Positions 37,221 through 50,659 of a stretch of 64,000 nucleotides of DNA are shown here, piece by piece (positions within the stretch are counted from its first letter, which is position 1; every line of letters starts with the position of its first letter). Position numbers and translations under genes: made by a program. The notes beneath the pieces are model-generated. The model saw only the letters and a program-made list of their open reading frames with translations. It did not search any database and was not told where the DNA came from. The DNA is from Lama glama (Eukaryota): the NCBI GenBank assembly GCA_028534125.1, contig CM052837.1, forward strand, positions 21,948,001-22,012,000, read 5' to 3'.

Positions 37221-38984
37221 CTCTAAGGGGCCAGATCACAGCTATTCTCAGAGGGGTCAGCTGAGCCTTTGGGATCTGGGGAGGAAGAGTGGTACCCAGC
37301 GGGGGTGCACATCTGGGGAGCAGGATGCTCTGGCCCTGAATGACTGCCCCTGTCAGACTTGGGATGAGGGGAGGATCCAGGGAAGCTGCTGCACACACGG
37401 CACCTTTGGCAAATCAGACAAAGATGCACCTTCCTCACGCTGGATGCTGTGCTGCTGGTGAGTGGAGTATGAAGTTTATTGGCACCTTCATTCACCTCAC
37501 TTGTGTGCGAGGTTCAGGCAAACTGAATGGTGGGCCTGGGAGTGTTTGAGAAGGGAAAGACATATCATGCCTGTCTTCACGTGAAAGGCTGGCTCCTGGG
37601 GATGCTGCAGAAGCCAGCAGGGTGATTCCCCTGCTGGATAGACTCTCTCCAGGCCCCAGGCCTCAGCGATCCTTTAAATGAAACAGGCTAAAGGCCAAAG
37701 CACTTGGGAGGAACAGGGCAGCGAAAGAGCAGTTATGAAGACAGCATGCCGTAGACCGGAGGAGATCTCCTGCTCTGAGCCGACGCTGGAGAAAATGAAA
37801 CAGGTGTTTGATAAACTCTCGACATTCAGGTCCCGCTAGAGCGCTGTCCTCTTGCCAAAGACAAGTCAGTAGACACTGATGGAGAAATCAAAGCACTGGA
37901 CATGGCCGTGGAGGAAGAGGATGCTCTTGGGCCCAGCCCCCCACAGCTGACACCCAGATGACCAGCCTTCTTCCTCCCTCTCTCTCCTCCTCTCCCTCCC
38001 CCAGGGGACCCTCTAGGTCACTCTCCTGTTCTCCAGACACAGGCTACCTCGCCTGGGCTTCACCACCCCCAGGTTCTGGCCTCAGGGAGCCCTCCATCCT
38101 CCTGGTCACTCCTGCTTTTAGGGGCTGATGTCCCCTCACTTCCCCCTGAAAACTTTCCTAGGTTTTATCCACAGCTGGACACCTAGCACACTGCTTTAAC
38201 TGTTCTTGGGCCTTTCATGGGGCCACGTCCTCTTCTAGATTCCTTTCTCTTCCAGAAAGTGGTTTCTGGGGGCTCAGGGACTACCTGCATCGCTTCCTCT
38301 CTGTCGCTTAGACTAGGAGCATCTCAGAGCAAGGCCAGATCTTTCTGTGTGTGAATGAGTTTCTCCACTCCAACACCTGCTGCCACACATTTTGGGCAAA
38401 GTAGAGGGAGAGAGAGCCCCCCAAATCCAGCTCCAGGGGCCCCAAGACCTGACTCGCTGGCAGTATCTCTGGCCCTAAAGCCTGCATTTTTAAATGCAAT
38501 AAAAACGACGCATTTAGAGAGTCAGACATACCAGCCTAATACCTGAAGCCTATGAAAGAATATGGTGCAATATCACTCCCATGATCGTGGGATGTTTTCT
38601 GGCAAGTTGACTTAAAATAGGGGGATTATCCTGCACTATCCAAGTGGACTCAGTGTGAACACATGAGCCCCTAAAAGCAGAAAACCTTTCTCTGGCAGTT
38701 GGTGGATGTGGAAGCCAGAGAGATTCAAAGCAGAAGGATTTAATGGGCCACCAAGTTTGTGGTACTTGGTTATTTAACAACAGAAACCAGCGTGATCCCT
38801 TCCATGCAGGGCCTCCAACCTTGTTCGTTTCTGCTCTCTCTGAGGTCCGAGGGTAGTGCCTGGCACGTGCGAGCTTGTGACGTTTCTGTTGAGTGGGTAC
38901 CTGAGTTAGTGTGGGAGGTGAGTGAACATCCTTGGGCTATATATAGGATTACTATAAAATGTATAGGGCTATACTTTTTTTTTT

Positions 38985-39175
38985 TTTTTTGTAAAGGGGA
39001 AGACAGTAACTCCGTAAGCTTTGCAGGCTCTGTCAGGACACACAACTCTATCACTGCAGTGCAGAGGCAGCCAGAGACAGTATGTAAACAAATGTACGTG
39101 GCCCTGTTCCAATAAAACTTTATTTAAAAACAGGTGATAGGTCAGATTTGGCCTGCAAACCACAGTGTAGTGATC
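38985..39175 (+). mobile_element. MER58A MITE
   Basis: gtaaagggga...agctttgcaggc...gtggccctgttccaataaaactttattt...cagatttggcctgc. Confidence 0.8.
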
Positions 39176-39308
39176 TCTTTTATAGATCAATGGGTCTTCC
39201 GTCTGGTCCTTCCACCCAAAGATGTGGGATCTTTTGCATAGGACCACATGCTTTAAAGAAACGTTTTATGGACAGAAACAGTTTCTAGCCTAAGAAACAC
39301 TCTGTCAG

Positions 39309-39744
39309 CCATTCTGTAGGTTTCCTTTGCTGTGCAAAAGCGCTTCAGTTCATCTGACGTGGTCCCATCTGTCTAATTCTGCTTTTGTTGTTTGTGCTTT
39401 TGGTGTCACATCCAGGAAGTCATCGCCAAGTCCAATATCATGAAACTTTCCCCCTATGTTTTCTTCTACAAGTTTTAAATTTCCACATCTTGTGTTTAAA
39501 TACTTAATCCATTTTGGGCTGACACTTGTGTCTGCTGTAAGACAAGGGTCCCGTTTCATCCTTTTGCATGTGGATGTCCCGTTTTCCCAGCTCTATGTGT
39601 TCAAAAGACTGATTTTTCCCCTAGGGATGAGCTTCCCTAAATGATTCTTGTTGAAGATCATTTAACCAGATGCGCTTGGGTTTCTTTCTGGACTCTCTAC
39701 TTCTGTTCCATTGCTCTATGGGCCTGTTTTTATGACAGTCCATC
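39309..39744 (-). mobile_element. L1 ORF2 C-terminal fragment, inverted relative to the adjacent L1 3' end
   Basis: Antisense translation contains HKNRPIEQWNR and KLVEENIGGKFHDIGLGDDFLDVTPKAQTTKAELDRWD, recognisable L1 ORF2p. Confidence 0.9.
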
Positions 39745-40244
39745 NNNNNNNNNNNNNNNNNNNNNNNNNNNNNNNNNNNNNNNNNNNNNNNNNNNNNNNN
39801 NNNNNNNNNNNNNNNNNNNNNNNNNNNNNNNNNNNNNNNNNNNNNNNNNNNNNNNNNNNNNNNNNNNNNNNNNNNNNNNNNNNNNNNNNNNNNNNNNNNN
39901 NNNNNNNNNNNNNNNNNNNNNNNNNNNNNNNNNNNNNNNNNNNNNNNNNNNNNNNNNNNNNNNNNNNNNNNNNNNNNNNNNNNNNNNNNNNNNNNNNNNN
40001 NNNNNNNNNNNNNNNNNNNNNNNNNNNNNNNNNNNNNNNNNNNNNNNNNNNNNNNNNNNNNNNNNNNNNNNNNNNNNNNNNNNNNNNNNNNNNNNNNNNN
40101 NNNNNNNNNNNNNNNNNNNNNNNNNNNNNNNNNNNNNNNNNNNNNNNNNNNNNNNNNNNNNNNNNNNNNNNNNNNNNNNNNNNNNNNNNNNNNNNNNNNN
40201 NNNNNNNNNNNNNNNNNNNNNNNNNNNNNNNNNNNNNNNNNNNN

Positions 40245-40930
40245 GGCTATTATTAAAAAAAAAAAACCCAAAGATAAGTGTTGGTGAGGCTGTGGAGAAA
40301 TTGGAACGCTTGCATGCTGTTGGTGAGAATGCCAAATGGTACAGCTGCTACAGAAAATGGTATGACAGTTCTTCAGAAAGTTAAAAATAGAATTATCATA
40401 TGATCTAGCCATCCCACTTCTGGGTATTTATCTAAAACAACTGAAGTTGGATCTCAGAGAGATATCTGCACTCTCCCATTCACAATAGCCAAGCAATAGA
40501 AACAGCCTAAATGTCCATCGACAGACAGTTAAAGATGCGGTGTATACATACAATGGAATATTATTTGGCTTCAAAAAAGAAGAAATTCCTGCCCTATGTG
40601 ACAACATGGACCAACCTCAAGGATGTTACGTGAAGTGGCATAAGCCAGTCACAGAAGGACAAATACTGCACGCCTCCACTTACATGAAGAATCTCCCGTA
40701 GTAAAAGCCATAGGAATGAGAGGAGAGCGGTGGTTGCCAGGGGCTAGGGGGAGGGGACAATAGACAGCTGCTGCTTAATGGGTATAAATTCCAGCTTTGC
40801 AAGATGAGTAAGGTCCAGACAGCTGTACAGCACTGTGCCTGTAGTTAACAGTACTGTATTGTACACTTAAATATTTGTTAAGAGGGTGGATGTCATGGTA
40901 AGTGTTCTGTTCACAATACAAAAGGAAAGA
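40245..40930 (+). mobile_element. L1 (L1MA/MB-like) ORF2 end and 3'UTR
   Basis: agtgttggtgaggctgtggagaaattggaac...ttaaaaatagaattatcatatgatctagccatcccacttctgggtatt...gtacacttaaatatttgttaagaggg. Confidence 0.9.
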
Positions 40931-40939
40931 AGTACTTGA

Positions 40940-41155
40940 AGATACATACTACTGTATATAAAATAGATAAACAACAAGGTCCTACTGTGTAGCACAATAC
41001 CTTGTAATGGCCTAAAATGAAAAAGCATATGAAAAGGAATATATATATATGTACACACACACACACACACACACACAAATGAATCACTGTGCACCAGAAA
41101 TTAACACAACATTGTACATCAACTATACTTCAGTTAAAGAAAAAAGAATCTAAAA
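40940..41155 (+). mobile_element. Short cetartiodactyl L1 3' end with internal (TA)n(CA)n
   Basis: tactgtatataaaatagataaacaacaaggtcctactgtgtagcaca...aacattgtacatcaactatacttcagtt. Confidence 0.85.
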
Positions 41156-41159
41156 GAAA

Positions 41160-41500
41160 AACACAAGTGAACTTATTTACAAAACAGAAACAGACTCACA
41201 GACATAGAAAACAAACTTACGGTTATGAGGGTGAAAAGGGAGTGGGAAGGGATAAATTGGGAGTTCAAGATGTGCACATACTAACTACTATATATAAAAT
41301 AGATAAACAACAAGTTTCTTCTGTACAGCACAGGGAACTGTATTCAATACCGTGTAGTAACCTATCATGAAAAAGAATATGAAAACGAATATATGTATAT
41401 ATATGTATGACTGAAATATGCTGTACACCACAAACTGATACAACATTGTTCATTGATTATACTTCAACTGAAAAAAAAACAAACTCCAAAGTTAAAAAAA
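41160..41500 (+). mobile_element. Second cetartiodactyl L1 3' end
   Basis: gaacttatttacaaaacagaaacagactcacagacatagaaaacaaactta...acagcacagggaactgtattcaata...tatacttcaactgaaaaaaaa. Confidence 0.9.
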
Positions 41501-43027
41501 AGGAAACACTTGCTCAGGCTGGAGGGTCACTGTCATTCCAGAACACGTGGAGATTCTTGCCTTCTAGGGAGAGAAATCTCATCTCAAATGTCTCTTTGGC
41601 TTTGGCGATTTCTTCCATCAACATGGCCTTAGCCGGTTCTCTCCTCTGTCTGCCAGGCAGGCCTGGCCCTCTGGCCCAGCAGCGGGGCACTGCTCAGGTG
41701 GGAGGCTCACTCCGCAGGCCCTTGGCTGAGCCCCCTCCCCAGGCTGGAGGTCTGAGTGAGCGTCCCCAGCCAGCCTCTGGCAGGACTGGCCCATTGNNNN
41801 NNNNNNNNNNNNNNNNNNNNNNNNNNNNNNNNNNNNNNNNNNNNNNNNNNNNNNNNNNNNNNNNNNNNNNNNNNNNNNNNNNNNNNNNNNNNNNNNNNNN
41901 NNNNNNNNNNNNNNNNNNNNNNNNNNNNNNNNNNNNNNNNNNNNNNNNNNNNCAACACCGTGGAGAAGGGCAGGAATCCGGCTTCCCGAGAGCACATTTA
42001 CCGCATAAGAACCTTTATTAGCGGAGAGTCATTGATTTTTCTTTTTTTTCAGGTCATAGCCCCTTCACCATCCTTTAAATAAAAGAGTATCGCAAAGTTA
42101 TTGTGGAAGAGAGACTCTGTGAGGCCAGGGTCATGGGGTGCTGGCTAGTCTTCGGGTCTGACAACCCCTGTACCATCCACAAGCTTCAGCCGTGCGCGGG
42201 GGATGGTCACATGAAAATCCCGGAGAAGGACTAGTTTGGGTGGATTATCGGGTGGTAGACAAGGGCCAAAGGGAAGATTAAGTCCAGAGAGAAAGCAATT
42301 GAATAGCATTAAAAAAAATTAGAGGTGGTTAGAGTTTAGCCACAGAATTATGCATACAAAATCAAGACGGTGAGAATTACAAATCAAATCTCCTCTTCGG
42401 AAGCTCCTGTGTTTAGACTCCAGATAATGGTCATTGGGATTTTATTCTTAGGAACTCGAAAGTCCCTGAAGGTTTTGGAGCAAGGCAATTCCAGGATATC
42501 ATCTTTGCTTCAAGGGGCTTAATCAGACAGTGGAATGTAAAATGAATTTGAGGAGCGTCCAAGGTGGGAATGGAAGCCACAAACCAGGACATCCGTTAAA
42601 GGCTGGTGCTACAGCCTAGGTACATGGCAACAAGAACCCAAAGTGAAGTGGTGAAATGGTACAATTGGCAAGGTGGAGACGGATGAAGCAAGAAGGGGGC
42701 AGTCAGAGGTGACTCAGGGGTTTTGTCAACTGCAGAAGGAATTTAAAGTGGAGCCTGAGCAGAGAGAATAAAGAGCTGAGTTTGGTACAAGCTCATTTGA
42801 AAAAATCAAAGAAACACACACATATATTTGTTACTACAAAAGGAATGCAGGTAAATTGCAGAAAAATTGGAAAAATAGAGACCGACATAACAAAAAAATA
42901 AAAACTGTCTTCAATCCCACCACTGTGATTTGCCTCTGTAATTGTTACTATATTTAGGTATGTTTCCTTTCAGGTAGATGAATAAATGAATACGCCTCTA
43001 AAGTTTCTTCAAAAATTAAAAAAAAAA

Positions 43028-43112
43028 TTTTTTTTCTAACAGAGTTAATGGGGATTGAACCCAGGACCTCACGCATGCTAAGCACATGCTCTACCACTGA
43101 ACTATATCCCTC
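43028..43112 (-). mobile_element. Camelid tRNA-derived SINE (vic-1-like)
   Basis: ggggattgaacccaggacctcacgcatgctaagcacatgctctaccactgaactatatccc; tRNA-like A and B boxes on the minus strand. Confidence 0.85.
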
Positions 43113-43119
43113 ATCACCA

Positions 43120-43900
43120 AAAATGTGATTCTTTATGTGTACATATTACCTTCTCATCTGGATGCACCAAAATTGATTTAGCTGTCTGCCTACTGTCGGA
43201 CTTTTCACTTGATTTATAGTTTCTCCATACTATAAATAATGCTGTGCTGAACATCCTGCTGTACACATCTTTGTTTGCATCGCTGATAAATTTCTAAAGT
43301 AAAATTATTGAGTTAAAGGTTATAATCTTTTTAAAGGCTCTTAATTCATATTGTCAAATGCTCCCCAGACGCTGATACAGTGTCTGTGTGTGATCATTTC
43401 ATAACCCATTCATTAACCATAGGATTATTCTGATGTTTTAAATCTTTGCCAATTTCATAGTGAAAAAGCAGATATACCACTATTTCTGAAATTACTCACT
43501 TCTTTGATTACTCATACTTTTATAATAATTTTGGGTGTGCTTATTGGTCATTTTTTATTTCTCTCTTTATGAGAACTGTATCTTTTGTCCATATTTCTAT
43601 TGGAGAGATAATTTTTTCACTTACTGATTTATAACAAGTTTTTATATTGAAGCTACGAAAGCTTTGTCTGCCACACATGTTGGAGTTTTTTTCTTTCTTT
43701 CTTTCTTTTTTTTGCTATTTCTTATTTACCTTTCAAAGTTTTATATGGTGTTTCGGACAAGTAGAAAATTTGAAGATTTTTTTATAGTCATGGCTATTAA
43801 TCTTTTCCTCTTTTTTTTTTTTTCCTTTTCTGTTAACACTTTGAAAATCCTTCTCAGGACCAGATCAGATAAATGTTTATCTTCTAATTCCTTGGGATTT
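43120..43900 (-). mobile_element. Ancient L1 (L1ME/MC-like) fragment
   Basis: tactataaataatgctgtgctgaacatc...ttcatattgtcaaatgctccccag...tttgtccatatttctattgg. Confidence 0.7.
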
Positions 43901-43949
43901 TCTTTCTTTCATTTATTTCCTTCATTGAGGTATCAGACTATGTATGTGA

Positions 43950-44180
43950 TCATGAATGCAGGCTCTGAAGTTAGATGGATTTGAATTTGGATGCTGGGTC
44001 CCCTACCTACTAGTTGTGTCATCTTCAACAAGTTACTTAACCTCTTTGAAACCCATTTTTCAAATCTGCAATGGGGCTGGTATTTATCTCATTAATTCGT
44101 TGTGAGAATTGTGGGAGATATTGCATGTACAGTGTCTGGCACATTACATGGCCGATAGCAGACATTCAAGGTTAAATAGT
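43950..44180 (+). mobile_element. MIR SINE
   Basis: ctactagttgtgtcatcttcaacaagttacttaacctctttgaa...gtacagtgtctggcaca. Confidence 0.8.
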
Positions 44181-44769
44181 AGATCTCTGTTAAGTGTGTA
44201 CAATTTTGATTCCTTTGACAGCTAAGACCATGTCCTGTTAATCGCCACAGTGTGTGTCTCCCTAAGGATGTGCCTTAAAATACGTTCTCAGTGAATATTG
44301 GATGAACAAATGAATGTATGAAGTGAAATTAACAGATAGCTTTTCATACGTTGTGAAGGCAAATGGATACTCGCTCTTGAGAATCCACTTTAAGATACTG
44401 AACCCATTTAGAAACGACCAGAAAGGCAATATGTGTGTCTCTAATGTAGAGGAAACCCTTTCCCTCCCACTTCGTCCCAAACAAATGACCATTGTTTTTT
44501 CATTAGCCACAGCTCACCACTCAGGACTGTGGGTCTGTTCAGCCACCTCCGACCCCTGACATCTGGCCCTGACCCATGCATACAGGCCGTTGCCCATAGA
44601 GAATTTTAAGAGTCAGTAGGGCCCTTTGAGTTCATTTGGTTGTCGAGACTTCCAGCATTTGTGTTTTAGCTGTCAAACAAGTTTTTCCTAAAGAATGTTA
44701 TCTTGGAAGTCCAGTATGCAAAACAGACCAATGCAGAGATGCGATTGTTACAAGTTAGGGTGAGGAGGC

Positions 44770-45140
44770 TGTACTCTTTCTGCTGGGGGGCTTTGCACAT
44801 GCCATTCCTTCTGACTGGAATACAATTCCATCCTCCTCATCCCAATTACCTACTTAAGTATTACTTTTCTTTTAGGTCCTAGCTGAAATAACACCTCCTC
44901 CAGGAAGCCTTCCCTGCCTTTCACTGACTAGATCAGCTTCCCCTGCTATATATTCATAGCCCCATGTGCCTGTCTTTACTAGCACACATCTCAGTTGTAA
45001 ATTTCCATCTGTTGATGTTCATTTTCTCCTACGAGGCTATGAGCAAAACAGGGGCAAGGCTATGATGGTGTACACCATTGTATCTCAAGCACTGACTGCA
45101 AAGCTTGGCACACAGTAAGTGTTCATCTAATATTTGATAC
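44770..45140 (+). mobile_element. L2 3' end
   Basis: ggctttgcacatgccattccttctgactggaa...cacctcctccaggaagccttccctg...cttggcacacagtaagtgttcatctaatatttg. Confidence 0.8.
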
Positions 45141-45650
45141 CTTACTAAAACTGCATCTGATCCAACCCCTTCCTTTCCCAGATGGAAGAAATATTTACTG
45201 TGTCCACTACATGCTAGAAATTCTTCTGGGTACTGACAATACACCTGTGAAGGAGGCAGATGTGCTCCCCGCCCTCAAAGAGAACCCCTCTAGTTGTCAT
45301 GACAGGCAACCAAGGAAGAATCATTCATTTCGATGGTGATAAATGTGCCAGACTTCCATGTAATATTTCACTGGAAGAACAAGTTATCTTGTTGAAAAAT
45401 AACTGGCAAGTTTCTAGGCCAGCACATTTTGTTGGTGATCAACTCAGCGGTTAAGTGTGGTACTTGGAATCCCATCTTGGTGCTTCATGCAGGATGGGAG
45501 AATTGTCTCCTCCAGGGTCCAATCATCTTATTAGGATGAAAATTTAATTACCTTCCGAGGGGTCCTGGGTGGTGAACCCGTGCCTCCCCCAAGTTGCCAA
45601 CTGGGGCACCTAATAGACTTGTTTTAACATCTGGATAAGAATTCACGTTC

Positions 45651-45808
45651 CTTGAGAGATCACCAAAACTAAGCTAGCACAATCAGTTGCCACGCGCCCC
45701 TTCTCTCCTCTGGTTACTTCTAGGCAGGCCTTGAGAGATCACCAGAACTAAGCTAGCACAATCAGTTGCCACGTGCCCCTTCTCTCCTCTGGTTACTTCT
45801 AGGCAGGC
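45651..45808 (+). repeat. Tandem duplication, 2 x 79 bp
   Basis: Units 45651-45729 and 45730-45808 differ at 2 positions (aaaact/agaact; cgcg/cgtg). Confidence 0.95.
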
Positions 45809-46729
45809 AGCTGTTCTGGAGGCAAGGAAGGCTCTTTAGTGACTGCCTAGGGCACTTGAAAGAAAGTCCAGACTCCTCACTGTGACCCACGAAGCCTGAG
45901 TGGACCTGCCCCATCTCCCTGCCCATCTTCCTTATGTTTCACGCTCACATGTTGCAGATGTCAGTTTCAGGTCTTGTTAGAACAGTTTCCAGTTGCCAGT
46001 CGGAGAGGCACTGATTGATGCACGGTCCCTAAGTGCTGTTAGGGTCTGTGACATGGATTTAATACCAGCCCCCTCCCCATTTGGAGCCTCTCTTCTTCCA
46101 TTCCTTCTAGACATTGCTGGGCTGATGCTTTTAGCATGGCGGGCTCTGATGCCAGCTCCGGCTGGGCCACCCTGGGACCCAGCCCCATCGGAGTGCTCCT
46201 GAGGGTGTGAGAGCCCCAGCAGAGCACTCCTCGTCCTACATTCAGATGCGCCAGGCTGCCAGTGCCAGCGGAGGATGGGCCCCCTCCTGCCTCTGCTTGT
46301 TTCCCTTGATTGTTATGTAATGTTCGGCAGCAGGGGGTAAATTCCTCTCCAATTTCCAGGCCGGTTACAGTGCATGAACCCCACCGTGGGGAGCCACAGT
46401 GATTGAGCTCTGCAGCCAGGTCCCATGCTGAGTGTCATCAATCAGGCCTATTACCCGCTCCTCCTGGCAGATGCCACCGCCAGGAACCTGCTCATTCTGC
46501 CCGGGAGACCCAGCCACCTTTGCACACAGTAAACCAGGGCTGGCCTAGCCACTGCGAATTTGGGGGCTCTACATGACTTTGTGGCTGGGAGGTGCCTGGA
46601 ATATTATTCTGAAGGGGCAGGAGGTTATATGGCCCTTGCTGGTACATCTCATCCCTGAGGTCCTGCTGCCAGAGGCCCTAGGAGCAAAATCAGGGCATGC
46701 TCACCTGCTCCCCAGATTGGGATGGTGGC

Positions 46730-46915
46730 CTTCTGTGTGCATCTCTATACACATAAGAACTTCTAGAGGACTTGTTAAAAACACCCATTTCCCAGCTGCA
46801 TCCCCAGAGATCCCAATGCAGTAGGTCCTCCTTGGGATAAAGGAATCGGCATCTTTACAGCTTTCCCGGTGACCCTGATGCAGGTGGTTCCTGGACCATC
46901 CTCAGAGCAGGGGTG
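46730..46915. mobile_element. MER5-type MITE
   Basis: cttgttaaaaacacccatttcccag...ccccagagat...ggaatcggcatctttacagctttcccggtgaccctgatgcaggtggttcctggacca. Confidence 0.7.
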
Positions 46916-47699
46916 CTTTAAGACCAACGGTGTTCCCCAAGCAATGCCTGTAAAACGAATGCCTATAAATCGCTTCCTTCTTTTCCATTTCCTTCTATCA
47001 TTTCGCTGAAGATGTGTTTCCCTGGGGAAGAAGATGTGGGCTTCAAAAATCGATGGCAATCACACTGAAGAATGAAGCAAATCTCTGACTATGACATATT
47101 TAATGGGCAATAATAATGCTAATAGTAGGGGGGAGAGCGCCCCAGTAGGATGTTCTGCTGCCACTTAAAGTGCTATGCGGCGTCTCCATTCTTGCCTCTC
47201 CTTGGCTCTAACTGTATGACTAGAGTGACTCTCTGCTCTGTGCAGACTGGGCCAGTCCCAGTTTACAAAGGTGGTCTTGGTGCAGTTGTTAATAATCCCC
47301 CACTTTGATTCTCAAAAGTCCCAGTTTGGATGGTGAATTGTTACCCTATCGATCACCGATGGGGATGTTTCCCTTGAGACCTTTCATTTTCTTCTGAAGG
47401 GGTCTACCTGGTGGGTGTCTCTAAAGGGTTTTGTCAAATTGACCCCAATTCTAGATTTCACACTAAAGTTCACCCTGATTCTGGGCTAGAATGAGTGGCA
47501 AAAGGACGTTTTTGGCCAGGTAACTTTCCCCCTTCCTAGGAAGGAGAGACCTCATCTGGTGACCAGAGTAACAGAGACAAAGAACTTTGAGGTCCAGGGT
47601 AACTTTCTTCGGGGGCTTAGTCCACACTTTGGGTGTCTGAGATAGGATTGCATTCAGCTGCCAAACATGAAAACACCCAGTAATAAACCCTAATCATCC

Positions 47700-47960
47700 C
47701 ACAAAGACAGTGACATAGGGGTTGGAGCGTTCCAGAGTCAGACAGAACTAGATTTGATTCCAGCACTGCCTTCTGTTGGATATGTGACTTTAAGCAGGTT
47801 AGCCATTTGGAGCCTCATTTTCCTCATCTGTAAAATGGGTATAATAATCTTCAATCCAGTAGAGGGCTTGAGATCATGTTTGTCAAGAGTGAAGAACTGA
47901 CATGTAATCAGTTAAAATGGTGGCAGTTGATATAATCATCATCATCATGATAATACTACA
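47700..47960 (+). mobile_element. MIR SINE
   Basis: gagtcagacaga...gagcctcattttcctcatctgtaaaatgggtataataat. Confidence 0.85.
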
Positions 47961-49534
47961 AAATGAGAGTTAGTATTCTAAAAGCGTCTCCCAACGTATT
48001 TTGCGGGAGTAGCATTTGTCCCTTGTTTATGAATTTCTTCCCCTAGAACTTGTCATGCAGGTTAAGCTATGAGGCTTCCTAACATTTGCCCTACATGTGT
48101 GTGCGGGATGTGCCTTATTCCGTGCAACCCAATGATGTATCTGAGTCATCTTGCCTTGGCTCCTACCCATCTGCTCTTCCAGAGCTGCCCTTTCCCTGGG
48201 GATGCCCTTTTCAAATATAAATGCAAACCAAGCAATCCAGAGCCCACCCAACCTCGTTCTCTTTTATCAGACTCTCTACTCCAGGTCACTATCCACCTGC
48301 CTTAATCATCCCAGGGCTGGGTACCAGAAAACTAGGGACAGCCCTACCTAGGGCTTTGTTGCTTCTTTCTCCTTTCCTTTCATCTTGTCATCTTTCTTCT
48401 GCCCCTTGCTTTCACCCCAAGGCACCCTTGATTTGGCACCTACCTACCCATGAAGGTTCTGATGGTCCTAGAACAAGGTTCCTGTCTTGGATAATCACTT
48501 TGCCTCCTTGGGACTCTGGTTTCATCTTCTATAAATTGAGGAGAGGGTTGGCACTGGACCATGTCAAATTCTCCAGCTTGGCTTTATTTCTGGAGAGTGT
48601 GCATATTCCACACAATGAAATACTATACAGCAACAAGAATGAACTATTTACAGCTACACCTGCAACACGATGTTGACGAAAGACACCCAGACACAAAAGA
48701 GTGCGTACAGAATGATTACCTTTACATGGGGTTAAAATACAGGCAAGATGAATCTGAGGTGTTAGAAATCAGGATCGGTCAACCCCTTGCTAAGGGGTTT
48801 TTCAAAGCCCCAGGCAAGACTTTTCCTTCATGCTTCATGTTGGGAATCCAACAAAGGAGACTCAAACAGATCCAGGCAGCGCCCGGCCACAGCTCAGGCC
48901 ACAGCAGACAGAAGCTGAAGGAGTCCCTTTACTCTCAGCGCACTTTCTTATTAAGCTGCAGCTTCAGTTTCGCAATGGAATTATTTTTTTTTGTCNNNNN
49001 NNNNNNNNNNNNNNNNNNNNNNNNNNNNNNNNNNNNNNNNNNNNNNNNNNNNNNNNNNNNNNNNNNNNNNNNNNNNNNNNNNNNNNNNNNNNNNNNNNNN
49101 NNNNNNNNNNNNNNNNNNNNNNNNNNNNNNNNNNNNNNNNNNNNNNNNNNNNNNNNNNNNNNNNNNNNNNNNNNNNNNNNNNNNCGGGAGCTTGACTCTG
49201 CAGGGCATCCCACCAAACTCTGCGCGTACATACAGTTTTCCCTTTTGCTGGGGGAAGAGCCATGGTGAGGGTCTGACCTAGCGTAGAACTAAGCCTCAAG
49301 ATGCAGCAGCCTCATGAGTGTCCATTGCGGGCCGACCTGCAGCCTCTCGGGCTGACACTGGGCATTTGTGCAATCAGTCAGGGAGGAACAAGGACCAGCT
49401 GCAGTTGCTTCTCTGTTGAAAGGATGGATGAGCTAATGGTTGGGTACTGTGTCTTCTCATTCCTCCTTATCCTAGGCAGAGAGGGGTGGAGCTGGGGACT
49501 GAGAGCTGGGGGAAAGTATAGAGGAATAGCATTT

Positions 49535-50060
49535 TGACTTAGGTTCCACCCCTGAGACAAGAATTCCTCTGACAAGGTTCCACTGAGACAAGAATTTGAG
49601 TGCAGGTAATTAATTTGGCAGGTGACCCCAGGAAGTGAATGAAAAAGAAAGAAAGGGAGACAGGGGAGGAGGCAGAGTCATCGGTGATGTGGTATCGATG
49701 GGCCTGGTTGTCAAAAATTGGGACTCCGTTCTGCAGGGACCCTCTCAAAGTTGTGTGTGGCTCTCTTCAGAACTGCTCACCCAAGAGCAAAGAGGCTGAG
49801 GCATTTACCAGCAGCTCCTGACCCTCATTGGCTGAGATCTGCTCCTTGTTGTCTTAATTCCCTGGCATCTCTGGCATTTCTGGACCGCTCCACACGCTGG
49901 CTGAACATGTTTCCCAGGCAGTGTGTTGCCTCAGGCAGAAAGATACAGGTGTGCTTGATCTGGGAGCCTTCCCAGCGTATGGGGACTGTCCAGCTCTGCT
50001 GCAGGATCTCCAGGGGATCAAGGGGACGTGGGAGGTACCCCGACAGCATCTCCATAGAAC
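49535..50060 (-). mobile_element. LTR16/LTR33-class ERVL LTR relic
   Basis: ctgagacaagaatttgagtgcaggtaattaatttggcaggtgaccccaggaag...gctgaggcatttaccagcagctcctgaccctcattgg. Confidence 0.6.
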
Positions 50061-50659
50061 ACCAAGGGTCAGTCCGGGGTGGGTTCTCTCCGCAGCCACC
50101 TTCCACCTTTAACTCCTGCTTCACAGAGTTTCTGCTGCCCGAGTCCTCTGTCCCCCTTGGACAGGACCTGGAATTTCCCCAGGCTGGTCCAGGAGGAGCA
50201 GTAATGAAGTTAACAGCACGGTACCAGTGCTTACTGAATGCCGCTGATCTTGCTTGTCTTCACAGCAGCCCTGGAGGTGAAGTAACTGTTGTCCTTATTT
50301 TGTAGGTGAGGAAGCGGAGATGGTACAACATGCAGAGCAGGAAATGAGAGATCTGAAATTCAAGTCAGCTTGCCTGACTCCAGAGCACAGAATTCAGTTC
50401 TGAGCAGAATGGCTCCGAGCCATGCCATCAGCCCAGTGTCTTGGCTTCATTCCTGTTAGTTCTGTGACCTGGAATGAGGAACTTAACCTCTCTGATCTCA
50501 GTTTCCTTGTCTGCTGGGGGAGAAACACTAGCCCCTGCCCCATAGGCAATTGTGAGGATTAAGTGACATAATGGAACCTGGTTATTGCATAGTGATTTCA
50601 GTTAAAATTAATATATATGTCATCATCATTATCCACCTCTGGACTTTGTGGTCTTAGAA

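Noticed and set aside
20587-49184. Exon-sized N blocks as possibly masked exons
   Set aside because: Flanks lack consistent AG/GT splice signals and several gaps fall inside L1 or MLT1 repeats, so they are assembly gaps.
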